A DNA stretch of 64,000 nucleotides, from the NCBI GenBank assembly GCA_034089705.1, contig JAXDTZ010000009.1, positions 135,046-199,045 of the forward strand, in the 5' to 3' direction. Shown piece by piece: positions 39,039 through 50,044 of the stretch. Made by a program: the position numbers and the translations under genes. Source of the DNA: Candidatus Enteromonas sp. (lineage in GTDB: Bacteria; Bacillota_I; Bacilli_A; RFN20; CAG-826). Position 1 is the first letter of the stretch; each line of letters begins with the position of its first letter. The notes beneath the pieces were generated by a model. It was not told the DNA's origin. It was given only the letters and a program-made list of their open reading frames with translations, and did not search any database.

Positions 39039-39635
39039 CTACTTCCCCGCGTTTTCCAATTCCGCGGAACCATGAGAAAAGGAAATGGAATGGAAACGTT
39101 TGAGCAAGGATTTCACCTTGGTCCGCCGCTCCTTGTTTTCCACCACCAAGATGTAGATGGCTTCCCAGAAGGTGACGCAGGTCGCGACGTCGGCGACGTA
39201 ACGGATCATCTCTTCCAGAATCCCGCCTTCCTTCCAAAACAAGCTCATCAAAACCATGGCCAAAAAGAAGACAATCCCGATTCCAAACAAGGAATAAGCG
39301 AGGTTTTTCTTCTCGGAATAGCCCCGTAAGTTTCTTTTGATCTCGAGTCCCATGTTCGCTCGGAAGATGGCTTGGATTTCTTCTTCGCTGTAACCTCCCC
39401 AATCGGAGAAAGAGATGTCCAAGGCGATTTTGGTCTTCTTGGGGGTGTATTCCAACGCGAAATCCAACCATTCGAGGAAATCGTCGGTGAACACGGGGAT
39501 TTTCGTCACCGTGTTCTCTTCGAAGAGCTCCGAAGGAGAGGAAAAATGAAGTTTCATGTTCGCGATTCCCGTTTCTTCGTCGATTTCAAAGAAGCGGTTT
39601 TCGATCGTGGCGAGTTCTTGCAAGGGTTTGTTCAT
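39039..39635 (-). CDS. Hypothetical membrane protein (2 TM), start uncertain
   Basis: MNKPLQELATIENRFF... with central TM helices. It lies 17 nt upstream of tyrS. Confidence 0.45.
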   Translation of the reverse strand: MNKPLQELATIENRFFEIDEETGIANMKLHFSSPSELFEENTVTKIPVFTDDFLEWLDFALEYTPKKTKIALDISFSDWGGYSEEEIQAIFRANMGLEIKRNLRGYSEKKNLAYSLFGIGIVFFLAMVLMSLFWKEGGILEEMIRYVADVATCVTFWEAIYILVVENKERRTKVKSLLKRFHSISFSHGSAELENAGK

Positions 39636-39699
39636 GGGCTTTCTCCAAAAAAGGGGCGAAGAGGAGGGGACCTCTTCGCCCAAAAGCGTTAGGGACGAA

Positions 39700-41612
<1,913 letters not shown>

Positions 41613-41661
41613 GATAATGCGAACTTCCTTTCTGAGTTGCACCATTACTTTATCCATTTTT

Positions 41662-41688
41662 TTAGCAGTGTCAAGTTATGAGTGCTAA
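41662..41688. promoter_or_regulatory. CIRCE element (HrcA operator) TTAGCAGTG-N9-GAGTGCTAA
   Basis: It matches TTAGCACTC-N9-GAGTGCTAA at 16/18 positions, upstream of groES. Confidence 0.8.
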
Positions 41689-41691
41689 TTT

Positions 41692-41718
41692 TTAGCAAAT
41701 ATTTATCTTGTTTGCTAA
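41692..41718. promoter_or_regulatory. Second palindrome TTAGCAAA-N11-TTTGCTAA, CIRCE-half-site-like, adjacent to CIRCE
   Basis: A perfect 8-bp inverted repeat. It is followed by a third small palindrome, GTGTTA.ATAACAC, at about 41732-41746. Confidence 0.4.
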
Positions 41719-41843
41719 AACGTGTTAATAACACGCGAAAAAGAAAGGGCTTGGAAGAATAGTAACGCTCATAAAACCGCAATGGTTGAACGGAAAATCA
41801 CCCGTTCGTTTTCCAAACCTTATATAAATAAAGATAAGAAATC

Positions 41844-44267
41844 TTAAGAAGCGGAATAGAACTCAATCGCTTGGATGAATCCGCGCTTGTTGAACGCGAA
41901 GGAAATTTCGTTCGAAGGGTTGATGTCGAACTGATCTTCACGGAGTTCCACTCCCTCGTCGTTGTATTTTTTACCCGACACGACGGGTTCGCAATCGCCG
42001 ACCGCCAACGTGTCGGTGGCAGTCCAGCCGATCCATTTCACGACGACGCGGAAGACAGAAACGGAAAGCACGGTGGTCATGGATCCGGCCCCAGAGGCAG
42101 CTCCTAATTTCAAGCCAAATTGATAATAATTAGCATAACCGGCAATAAGTTTGCTGATGTCTTTGACTTCCGTAACGACGCTTTCCGGGAAATCCGCGCT
42201 CTTGGAGGAGTCAAACCTCGCCAAAGCCACGGCGGGGTCGGTGATCATGGCGTAGCTTGTATTGCCCGTCCCGAAATCGTAAGAACCGACTTTGGTGTAG
42301 CTAGTGGGCTCGGCCACGACGGTGACCGTCGCGGAAGCGCTCTTGCTCGGGTCGGCGACCGAGGTCGCAGTGATGGTGGCGATGCCGGGGGCGACGCCGG
42401 TAACTTTTCCGCCCTCAACGGTGGCGACGGCCGGGTCGCTCGAAGCCCAGGTCACGGATTGGTCCGCGGCGGCGGGGGTAATGGTGGAAACGAGGGCGGT
42501 CTTGAGCCCAACTATAAGGGAGGCTTCGGTTTTATTCAAAGCGACGGACTCCACGTCGTAACGGATTCGCGAAGCGGAAGCAACGTAAAGGCTGAAATAA
42601 GAGGTTTTGGAATTCCACGAAGCGAGGTAGCCTTTGACGACGTATTCCCCGCCGACGGCGAAGGTTTCGTCGCAATCGATGGGGGAAATGGCCGACGTGG
42701 TGATGTCGCCGCCAAAGAAAAAATTCGTGGAATCTCCTTTTTTCTTAACGGTCAAGGAGCCTTTGAAAGCGACGAGGTTGCGGGTTTGTTTGGTGTCCGC
42801 ATTCAATTGCTCGAGGTTCGTGACGGTAGGCTTGGAAAGGAAGGTTTCCGCGACTTCGACGGTGGATTCCTCAACGATGGAATCGGCAGCGAATAGGTAT
42901 TCCCCGTGATAAGCGCTGGCCGCGCCGGTGATCTTGTACTTTTGCCCGACCTCGTAAGTGGCGGGGACATTGCCGGATCCGTAATAGATCGAAACGGCGC
43001 CGGTGCCATCGTCGAGGTAAACCGCGGCTTTGGTGATGAGGGTCACGACGCCTTCGACGATGTAGCTTCCCGCTTCGGCGATTTCCCCCATCTTGGCTTC
43101 CTTCGCGTTCGAAACATTGGAATTATCGACTTCCAAGTTGTCGAAATAGGTGTATTGGAACCCTTCCCCTTTATAGCCGACGCCCACCCAGGTATCGAGG
43201 GTGATGAGAGATCCGACTATGACGCCTGCCATCAGATTCAGGTCATTGTCCGAGCCTTTGAGGTAGAGGGTTTCTTCCTTTTGGCCCTCTCCCGCGGAGA
43301 ATCTGACGGTCATGTTGCCGTAGGAGTCGGTGGAAGCACTTGTGACTTCGACCGCTTCGAGGTGGGCTTTGCGGTTCACGTCGGCGGAAGTGAGGATCGG
43401 GTTCGAGGTCGCGGAAACGTTGAGGATATTGGGGGTAACGATCGAAGGATCGGTCACTTTTTTAACAGATTTGTTCTTCCAAAATCCAGTTTTGATCAAA
43501 CCGAAGGAATTGCAAACGGCGGTGGTGACTTCCACGACGTCGCCGATTTGGACGCCGGCCCAATCCTCGTCATAGGTTGTGTAGATCAGCAAAGCGGAAT
43601 CCCCGTCTTGGATGAATCGGGCGACGCGTTGGTCTTTACCTTGACTTTGGACAACCACATTGTTCATGCCGGTGTAAACGCCGCGAGTGGTGAATTCTTC
43701 CGAAAAAGTATAACCGTCGTTAGGCAATTGGGATCCAATTTGCAAAACCTCGGAAATCTTCATGTTTCCCACCACCGGTTCGGTGACGGTGACTTGGACG
43801 GTCGCGGTTTTGGTCGGGTCGGCGACGGAAGCGGCCGCGATGATGGCCGATCCCGCTTGTAGGGCAGTGATGGTTCCGCCGGAAACCGTGGCGACGGCCG
43901 GGACGCTCGAAGTCCAAGTGACGTTCTTGTTCATGCTTCCGGAGACCGTGGCGGTGACAAAAATAGTTTGCCCGACTTTCAACGTAACTGCCGTTTGGTC
44001 GACGGTGATGACGATGCTTTCCACTTGTTCAGAAGAAGAGGATTCCGAGTCACTTGGTATCCCGGGATTCGAAGTCTCGTGGACGGAACTGGGTACTTGG
44101 GGTTCATTCGTCTCAATCGAAGTTATCTGCGGCTCGACAGGATTCGAAGTCTCGTGGACGGAACTAGAAACCTCCGGCTCATTTGGGGCTTGGATAGCAG
44201 GAAACAAAGAGCAACCGCTCAAGGAAAAAGTGGCAAGAAGCAGGAATAAGGATTGGATTTTGGACAT
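41844..44267 (-). CDS. Large surface lipoprotein (807 aa) with an N-proximal Big_2 Ig-like domain, an unknown central region and a C-terminal Big_2 plus unknown domain; paralog A
   Basis: Lipobox MSKIQSLFLLLATFSLSGCSLFP. Big_2 signatures (VTWTSSVPAVATVSGGTITALQAGSAIIAAASVADPTKTATVQVTV and VTWASSDPAVATVEGGKVTGVAPGIATITATSV). It ends ...FIQAIEFYSAS. Confidence 0.8.
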   Translation of the reverse strand: MSKIQSLFLLLATFSLSGCSLFPAIQAPNEPEVSSSVHETSNPVEPQITSIETNEPQVPSSVHETSNPGIPSDSESSSSEQVESIVITVDQTAVTLKVGQTIFVTATVSGSMNKNVTWTSSVPAVATVSGGTITALQAGSAIIAAASVADPTKTATVQVTVTEPVVGNMKISEVLQIGSQLPNDGYTFSEEFTTRGVYTGMNNVVVQSQGKDQRVARFIQDGDSALLIYTTYDEDWAGVQIGDVVEVTTAVCNSFGLIKTGFWKNKSVKKVTDPSIVTPNILNVSATSNPILTSADVNRKAHLEAVEVTSASTDSYGNMTVRFSAGEGQKEETLYLKGSDNDLNLMAGVIVGSLITLDTWVGVGYKGEGFQYTYFDNLEVDNSNVSNAKEAKMGEIAEAGSYIVEGVVTLITKAAVYLDDGTGAVSIYYGSGNVPATYEVGQKYKITGAASAYHGEYLFAADSIVEESTVEVAETFLSKPTVTNLEQLNADTKQTRNLVAFKGSLTVKKKGDSTNFFFGGDITTSAISPIDCDETFAVGGEYVVKGYLASWNSKTSYFSLYVASASRIRYDVESVALNKTEASLIVGLKTALVSTITPAAADQSVTWASSDPAVATVEGGKVTGVAPGIATITATSVADPSKSASATVTVVAEPTSYTKVGSYDFGTGNTSYAMITDPAVALARFDSSKSADFPESVVTEVKDISKLIAGYANYYQFGLKLGAASGAGSMTTVLSVSVFRVVVKWIGWTATDTLAVGDCEPVVSGKKYNDEGVELREDQFDINPSNEISFAFNKRGFIQAIEFYSAS
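44064..44165. repeat. 75-bp intragenic tandem duplication (GGATTCGAAGTCTCGTGGACGGAACT core, encoding a repeated SSVHETSNP) in paralog A
   Basis: The 27-nt core recurs exactly 75 nt (25 codons) apart. Paralog B has a single copy. Confidence 0.7.
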
Positions 44268-44519
44268 GCGAGCCCCCCTTATTAGGTCATTTCATTATCC
44301 CATTGAACCCACAATTTGAATAGGGGCAATGGGCGAAAAGCCTTGGAAGGAATCTTCATGGAAACAGGATTCGATCACAACAAACGATAGAGGAAAAGAA
44401 AACCTTTCTAGTCGCGGTCTTAAATTAGACCTCAGCAGGCTGCCATCGCCATTTCAAAACGCAACGGAAAAGCGTTCCCATTGGTTTACATATAAAAAAG
44501 AAACGCTCCCAAAAATTAA

Positions 44520-46847
44520 TTAAGAAGCGGAATAAAACTCAATCGCTTGAATGAACCCGCGTCTGGTAATCCTGAAGGAAACCTCGTTCGAAGCGGTGAT
44601 GTCAAACTGATCTTCGCGAAGTGTCACTCCTTCTTCGTTATAATTTTTGCCCGACGCGATGGGTTCGCAATCGCCGACTTTCAGCGTTTCGGCGGCATAC
44701 ATACCGATCCATTTCACGACGACGCGGGACACAGAGGCGGATAGCACGGTGGTCATGGTTCCGGCCACTTTGCTAGTTCCGAATTTCAAACCAAATTGAT
44801 AATATTTCGGATAACCGGCACTAAGTTTGCTGATGCCTTTGACTTCCGTAACGACACTTTCCGGGAAATCCGCGCTTTTGGAAGAATCGAACCTCGCCAA
44901 AGCCACGGCGGGGTCGGTGATTAAGGCGTTGCTTGTATTGCCCGTGCCGAAATCGTAAGAACCGACTTTGGTATAGGTGGCGGTGTCGGCCACGACGGTG
45001 ACCGTCGCGGAAGCGCTCTTGGTCAGGTTGTCGACTGAGGTCGCCGTGATGGTGGCGGTGCCGGGGGCGACGCCGGTGACTTTTCCGCCCTCAACGGTGG
45101 CGACGGCCGTGTCGCTCGAAGTCCAGCTCACGGATTGGTCCGCGGCGGCGGGGGTGATGGTGGAAACAATGGTGGTCCTGGTCCCTTCCTTGAGAGAAAC
45201 TTCGGTTTTGTCCAAAGCAATGGACTCCACGTTGACATGATTCCTCACGGCGGAAGCGACGTAGAGGCCGAAATAAGAGTATTTGGAAATCCACGAAGCG
45301 AGGTAGCCTTTGACGACGTATTCCCCGTCAACGGCGAAGGATCCGTTGTAATTCTTGGGGGAGATGGCCGGGGTGGAGATGTCACCGCCGAAGTAAAGGT
45401 TCGTGAAATTCCCGTTTTTCTTGGCGATTAACGTGCCTTCAAAGGCGACGAGGTTGCGGGTTTGTTTGGTGTCCGCGGTCAATTGCTCGAGGTTCGTGAT
45501 GGAAGGTTTGGAAAGGAAGGTCTCCGCGACTTCGACGGTGGAGCTCACGATTTCGGAATCCGCCGCGAATTGGTATTCGCCGTGATAGCTGCTGGCCACG
45601 CCGGTGATTTTGTATTTTTGCCCGACCTCGTAAGTTGAGGGGACTTTGCCGGATCCGTAATTGATCGAAACGGCGCCGGTGCCGTCGTCGAGGTACACCG
45701 CGGCTTTGGTGATGAGGGTCACGACGCCTTCGACGATGTAGCTTCCCGCTTCGGCGATTTCCCCCATCTTTACTTCTTTTGCGTCCGGAACATTGGAGTT
45801 GTCGACGGTCAAGTTGTCGAAATAGGTGTATTGGAACCCTTCGCCGCCATAGATGACGCCCACCCAGGTGTCGAGGGTGATGAGGGATTTGGCTTTGACA
45901 TCGGCCATCTGCTCAAGGTCATTTTGCGAGCTTTTGAGGTAGAGGGTTTCTTCCTTTTTGTCCTCTCCCGCGGAGAATGTGATGACCATGTTGCCGCTGG
46001 AGCTGGTGGAAACGTTGGTGACTTCGACTTTTTCGAGGTGGGCTCTGCGGCTCAGGTCGGCGGAAGTGAGGGTCGGGTTCGAGGTCGCGGAAACGTTGAG
46101 GATATTGGGGGTAACGATCGAGGAATCGGTCACCTTTTTGACGGATTTGGTCTTTCCCGCCCCGGCTTCGATCAAACCCTGGTAATTGCAAACGGCGGTG
46201 GTGACTTCCACGACGTCGCCGATTTGGATACCGCTCCAATCCTCGTCGTAGGTTCTGAAAAGCATCAAAGCGGAATCCCCGTCTTGGATGAATCGGGCGA
46301 CGTGCTGATCTTTGTTATCATATTGGCTAACCACGTTGTTCATGCCGGTGTAAACGCCGCGAATGGTGAATTCTGCCAAAAAAGTTTTCCCGTCATTGGG
46401 CAATTGGGATCCGATTTGCAAAACTTCGGAAATCTTAGTGATTTGCACCACGGGTTCGGTGACGGTGACTTCGACGGTCGCGGTTTTGGTCGGGTCGGCG
46501 ACGGATTTGGCCGTGATGGTGGCCGATCCCGCTTTGACGCCGGTGATGGTTCCGCCGGAAACCGTGGCGACGGCCGGGTCGTTCGAAGTCCAAGTGACGT
46601 TCTTGTTCATGCTTCCGGTAACCCTCGCCGAGACAAAAACGTTTTGCCCGACTTCCAACGTAATTTCCGTCTGGTTGACGGAGATGGAAATCGGTTCGGC
46701 AGGATTCGAAGTCTCGTGGACGGAGCTAGAAACCTCCGGCTCACTTGGGATTTGGAGAGTAGGAAACAAAGCGCAACCGCTCAAGGAAAAAGTGGCAAGA
46801 AGCAGGAATAAGGACCGGATTTTGGACATGCAGGACCCCCTTATCAA
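44520..46847 (-). CDS. Large surface lipoprotein (775 aa), paralog B of the 41844-44267 gene
   Basis: Same lipobox (LSGCALFP), same Big_2 domains and an identical C-terminal ...FIQAIEFYSAS. It can be aligned with paralog A end to end. Confidence 0.8.
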   Translation of the reverse strand: MIRGSCMSKIRSLFLLLATFSLSGCALFPTLQIPSEPEVSSSVHETSNPAEPISISVNQTEITLEVGQNVFVSARVTGSMNKNVTWTSNDPAVATVSGGTITGVKAGSATITAKSVADPTKTATVEVTVTEPVVQITKISEVLQIGSQLPNDGKTFLAEFTIRGVYTGMNNVVSQYDNKDQHVARFIQDGDSALMLFRTYDEDWSGIQIGDVVEVTTAVCNYQGLIEAGAGKTKSVKKVTDSSIVTPNILNVSATSNPTLTSADLSRRAHLEKVEVTNVSTSSSGNMVITFSAGEDKKEETLYLKSSQNDLEQMADVKAKSLITLDTWVGVIYGGEGFQYTYFDNLTVDNSNVPDAKEVKMGEIAEAGSYIVEGVVTLITKAAVYLDDGTGAVSINYGSGKVPSTYEVGQKYKITGVASSYHGEYQFAADSEIVSSTVEVAETFLSKPSITNLEQLTADTKQTRNLVAFEGTLIAKKNGNFTNLYFGGDISTPAISPKNYNGSFAVDGEYVVKGYLASWISKYSYFGLYVASAVRNHVNVESIALDKTEVSLKEGTRTTIVSTITPAAADQSVSWTSSDTAVATVEGGKVTGVAPGTATITATSVDNLTKSASATVTVVADTATYTKVGSYDFGTGNTSNALITDPAVALARFDSSKSADFPESVVTEVKGISKLSAGYPKYYQFGLKFGTSKVAGTMTTVLSASVSRVVVKWIGMYAAETLKVGDCEPIASGKNYNEEGVTLREDQFDITASNEVSFRITRRGFIQAIEFYSAS

Positions 46848-46897
46848 GATTGCTTAATTATCCCATGAAACCTTTGATTTGGATAGGCGGAAGCACA

Positions 46898-46930
46898 AAA
46901 AAACCGCGGAGGGAGAACTCCGCGGTGATC
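46898..46930 (-). terminator. Terminator for the Fe-ADH gene (CCGCGGAG-ttctccct-CCGCGG + U7)
   Basis: A hairpin 4 nt after the stop. Confidence 0.75.
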
Positions 46931-46933
46931 GGA

Positions 46934-48079
46934 TTACATCAAGGAACGATAGAGGGCGAGGACGTCTTCCTTGCTCGGCGTCTTGGGGTTGCCCGGGCAG
47001 CAGGCATCCGCTAGAGCGCTATCGGCGAGGAAGTCGAGATCTTCTTCCTTGACGATTTGTTTCAAGGAAGAGGAGATGCCAACATCCGCGGAGAGCTTGG
47101 CCACCGCTTCGATGGCGGCTTTGCGGTATTCCTCTTGGCTCATCGAATCGACGCCTTCGACGCCCATGGCGCGGGCGATTTCGCGGTATTTCTCCCCGGT
47201 CGCTTCCGCGTTGTAGGCCATGACGGTCGGCAGCAGGATCGCGTTGGCGACACCATGCGGGGTGTCGTAGACGGCGCCCAAGGGGTGGGCCATGGAGTGG
47301 ACGAGGCCAAGGCCGACGTTGGAGAATCCCATGCCGGCGACGTATTGGCCAAGGGCCATTCCTTCCCGTCCTTCGGGGTCGTTGTTGACCGCCCCGCGGA
47401 GGGATTTGGAGATCAAGCGGATGGCTTCGAGGTGGAACATGTCCGAGAGGGCCCAGGCCCCGCGGGTGATGTACCCTTCGATGGCGTGGGTGAGGGCGTC
47501 CATGCCCGTCGCGGCGGTGAGGCCTTTGGGCATCGTCTCCATCATCTCGGGGTCAACGAAGGCGACCACGGGGATGTCGTGGGGGTCGACGCAGACGAAT
47601 TTGCGGTTCTTCTCCACGTCGGTGATGACGTAGTTGATGGTGACTTCGGCCGCCGTGCCCGCGGTGGTCGGGACGGCGAAGGTCGGGACGCAGGGGTTCT
47701 TGGTCGGAGCCACCCCTTCGAGGGAACGCACATCGCCGAACTCGGGGTTCGTGATGATGATGCCGATGGCTTTCGCGGTGTCCATGGAGGAGCCTCCTCC
47801 GATGGCGATGATGAAATCGGCCCCGGAAGCTTGGAAGGCTTTCACCCCGTCGAGGACGTTTTGGATGGTGGGGTTGGGTTTGATTTCGCTATAGATGGAA
47901 TACGGGAAGGACGCCTCGTCGAGCAAAGCGGTCACTTTTTGGGTGACGCCGAACTTCAAAAGATCGGGGTCCGAGCAGACAAACGCTTTGGTGAATCCGC
48001 GCGCTTTGGCTTCGTGAAGGATGTTTCCGATGGCCCCTTTCCCGTGGTAAGAGGTTTCGTTGAGAATGAATCTTGGCAT
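46934..48079 (-). CDS. Iron-containing alcohol dehydrogenase (lactaldehyde/1,2-propanediol oxidoreductase-like)
   Basis: GGGSSMDTAKAIGII Fe-ADH signature. 381 aa. Confidence 0.85.
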   Translation of the reverse strand: MPRFILNETSYHGKGAIGNILHEAKARGFTKAFVCSDPDLLKFGVTQKVTALLDEASFPYSIYSEIKPNPTIQNVLDGVKAFQASGADFIIAIGGGSSMDTAKAIGIIITNPEFGDVRSLEGVAPTKNPCVPTFAVPTTAGTAAEVTINYVITDVEKNRKFVCVDPHDIPVVAFVDPEMMETMPKGLTAATGMDALTHAIEGYITRGAWALSDMFHLEAIRLISKSLRGAVNNDPEGREGMALGQYVAGMGFSNVGLGLVHSMAHPLGAVYDTPHGVANAILLPTVMAYNAEATGEKYREIARAMGVEGVDSMSQEEYRKAAIEAVAKLSADVGISSSLKQIVKEEDLDFLADSALADACCPGNPKTPSKEDVLALYRSLM

Positions 48080-48294
48080 TGGCTAAATCGCCTCCTTTGC
48101 TTACCAGTTTACCTTCATTCGAGGCGCGGAAAAAGGAAAAGAAATCGGGGAATCGGTAAAAGATTCCTAAAACATTTCTTCGATGAAATGGGAATTTTAG
48201 GAAAAATGGCCAAAAAAGGGTTTGGAAAAGATACAAGAAAGGAAAACGAAGGGAAAACCTTGATTTTGGACAAATTGTTCAAAATGCGCGACTA

Positions 48295-48316
48295 GAAAAA
48301 AGAAGCCGGAGCTTCT
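48295..48316 (-). terminator. Terminator for the LacI-family gene (AGAAGC-cgga-GCTTCT with flanking A/T runs, bidirectional)
   Basis: A hairpin abutting the stop codon. Confidence 0.55.
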
Positions 48317-49333
48317 TTATTTTTTGAACGGTTTGGTGCTTTGCCCGGGGACGAATTTCGCGTCGAAGTGGGCGCCCCGTTCGATCAGGTCGTGGTTCAT
48401 GAGGTCCGTGAGCATGTACATCGCGCGTTTTCCGACTTCGAACATGTCGATGTGCATCGCCGAGAGCATCGGGCGGACGATGTAGGAATACTTGGTGCCG
48501 ACGAGGGAGACGATCTGAATGTCGTCGGGGATCGAGAGCCCGGAATCGGTCGCGGCGTTCATGATGGCGCAGGCGAGGGAATCGCGGTAGCCGATGAAGA
48601 ATCCCTTTCGGTTCTCGGGTTTCTTGAAATATTCGAGGAAGTCCTGGTAGGTGTGGGTGTAGGAATCGTCGCTGTTGATGACGGAGAAGGGCTTTCCGAG
48701 TTCCTTATGGGTCTCCACGAAGACGCGTTCGCACCGCGAGAGCAAGCGCCCGGCGTTATGGACGTGGAGGAAGGTCATCGGGACCTCGCCCCCGTTCTCC
48801 CAGTAAGCGGCGATCAAGTTGCGGAGGGTGGCGCTGTAGGAGAAATGGATGTGGCCGACCTTTTCCCCTTCCACTTTGTTGTCGATGACGACGATGGGGA
48901 CGTTGTAGGAGGAAATGGTGGCGATGTCTTCCGTGTTGAGTTGGTCATCGAAGACGATGGCCCCGTCCACGTGGGTGGAGATGACTTTCTCGATCATCGC
49001 GATCGCCTCTTCCCGGGAATGGGAGGTGGCGAAGAGGGTGAGGACGTAGTTCTTGTCGCGGGCGGTTTCGGTGATGCCCGAGAGGAGGTTGGAGATGTAG
49101 ACGTAGTTGGCGCTGGGGATGACCACCCCGATGTTGGTCGTGCGGTTGGTCGCGAGGCCCTGGGCAAGCCCAGAAGGCTTGTAACCGAGTTTGGTGATCA
49201 TGGCTTGGACCCGTTCGCGGGTTTGCTCGGTGACCGTGCCCCGTTTGTTGATGACGCGGCTTACGGTGGCGAGGGAAACTCCGGCGGCTTTGGCGACTTG
49301 GTAAATCGTGACGCGGTCTTTCATGTTTTCCAT
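48317..49333 (-). CDS. LacI-family transcriptional regulator, possibly CcpA-like
   Basis: N-terminal HTH VTIYQVAKAAGVSLATVSRVINKRG and a periplasmic-binding-like effector domain. 338 aa. Confidence 0.8.
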   Translation of the reverse strand: MENMKDRVTIYQVAKAAGVSLATVSRVINKRGTVTEQTRERVQAMITKLGYKPSGLAQGLATNRTTNIGVVIPSANYVYISNLLSGITETARDKNYVLTLFATSHSREEAIAMIEKVISTHVDGAIVFDDQLNTEDIATISSYNVPIVVIDNKVEGEKVGHIHFSYSATLRNLIAAYWENGGEVPMTFLHVHNAGRLLSRCERVFVETHKELGKPFSVINSDDSYTHTYQDFLEYFKKPENRKGFFIGYRDSLACAIMNAATDSGLSIPDDIQIVSLVGTKYSYIVRPMLSAMHIDMFEVGKRAMYMLTDLMNHDLIERGAHFDAKFVPGQSTKPFKK

Positions 49334-49420
49334 TGGCAGTGCTCCTTCAAACCGCCTTCATTATAATGCATTTTCTGAAAATTGATGTAAAAAGAATGCA
49401 AAACATTACATTCTGCAAAG

Positions 49421-49455
49421 CAAAAAAAGGAAACGGCGCAGGAGAAGCCGTTTCC
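49421..49455 (-). terminator. Terminator (GGAAACGGC-ttctcctgc-GCCGTTTCC with A7/U7)
   Basis: A perfect 9-bp stem downstream of the 49472 gene. Confidence 0.7.
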
Positions 49456-49471
49456 TATGGTTACTTTTTCC

Positions 49472-50044
49472 TTACCGGGGGAAGTAGTCGGTGCCGGGCA
49501 ATCCGTTTCCGGCGGCGGGTACTTTGGATTCTTCCCCGATCTTCAAATCGTAGGGGGAGCAGATTTCCGCTTCTTGGGGGATGTTGCGGATCACCGAAGA
49601 GTGAAACGCCGTCCCGTCCCTTCGGAATCCCCCGTCGGTCAAGACGACCACGGAATCCCCCACCTGCAGGGAATACCGGGTGGAGGTGATGAGGCTAGAA
49701 GAACCAAGGTCGAGCCCAACGATCGATTTCCGTTCGTCGAGGGGGTGTTCCCGGACCGAAGTCACCGTCGCGTTTCGATATCCCGAAGAAGGGAAAGAAA
49801 CCGTTTCTTCGTTCTCCGCTTTCAAGCGGTCGTTGATGGAAGAAACCAAAGTCTCGGAAGGGGCGAAGATTAGTCCTTCTTCTTCCGTTTCGATGCCGAA
49901 GAAATTGGCCCCGATCCGCTTATTATTTCGGTAAAGAAGGGTCATCCCTTCGCATTCCCTCGTTTCTTCGGGGACAGCGGTGGGGTCCTCCACGAGGTAA
50001 AGGACGGGTTTGTCATGGAATTTGGACGAAAATAAGGCTTTCAT
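49472..50044 (-). CDS. Hypothetical protein (possibly YtpR-like tRNA-binding protein)
   Basis: 190 aa with no clear motif. It overlaps trmB by 4 nt, and synteny with the B. subtilis yt region suggests YtpR. Confidence 0.35.
   Translation of the reverse strand: MKALFSSKFHDKPVLYLVEDPTAVPEETRECEGMTLLYRNNKRIGANFFGIETEEEGLIFAPSETLVSSINDRLKAENEETVSFPSSGYRNATVTSVREHPLDERKSIVGLDLGSSSLITSTRYSLQVGDSVVVLTDGGFRRDGTAFHSSVIRNIPQEAEICSPYDLKIGEESKVPAAGNGLPGTDYFPR

Noticed and set aside
41760-41800. Hairpin GAACGG-aaaatcac-CCGTTC + TTTTCC downstream of lipoprotein paralog A
   Set aside because: The U-run is on the + strand but no + gene lies upstream. On the minus strand the U-tract is 10 nt away from the stem, so it is at best a weak terminator.
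42120-43862. 258- and 318-aa + ORFs inside lipoprotein paralog A (also 45831-46811 inside paralog B)
   Set aside because: Antisense frames of the Big_2 lipoprotein genes; Gly/Asp-rich.
47057-48295. 412-aa + ORF overlapping the Fe-ADH gene
   Set aside because: Antisense of a full-length Fe-ADH.
48341-49366. 341-aa + ORF overlapping the LacI-family gene
   Set aside because: Antisense of the LacI regulator.
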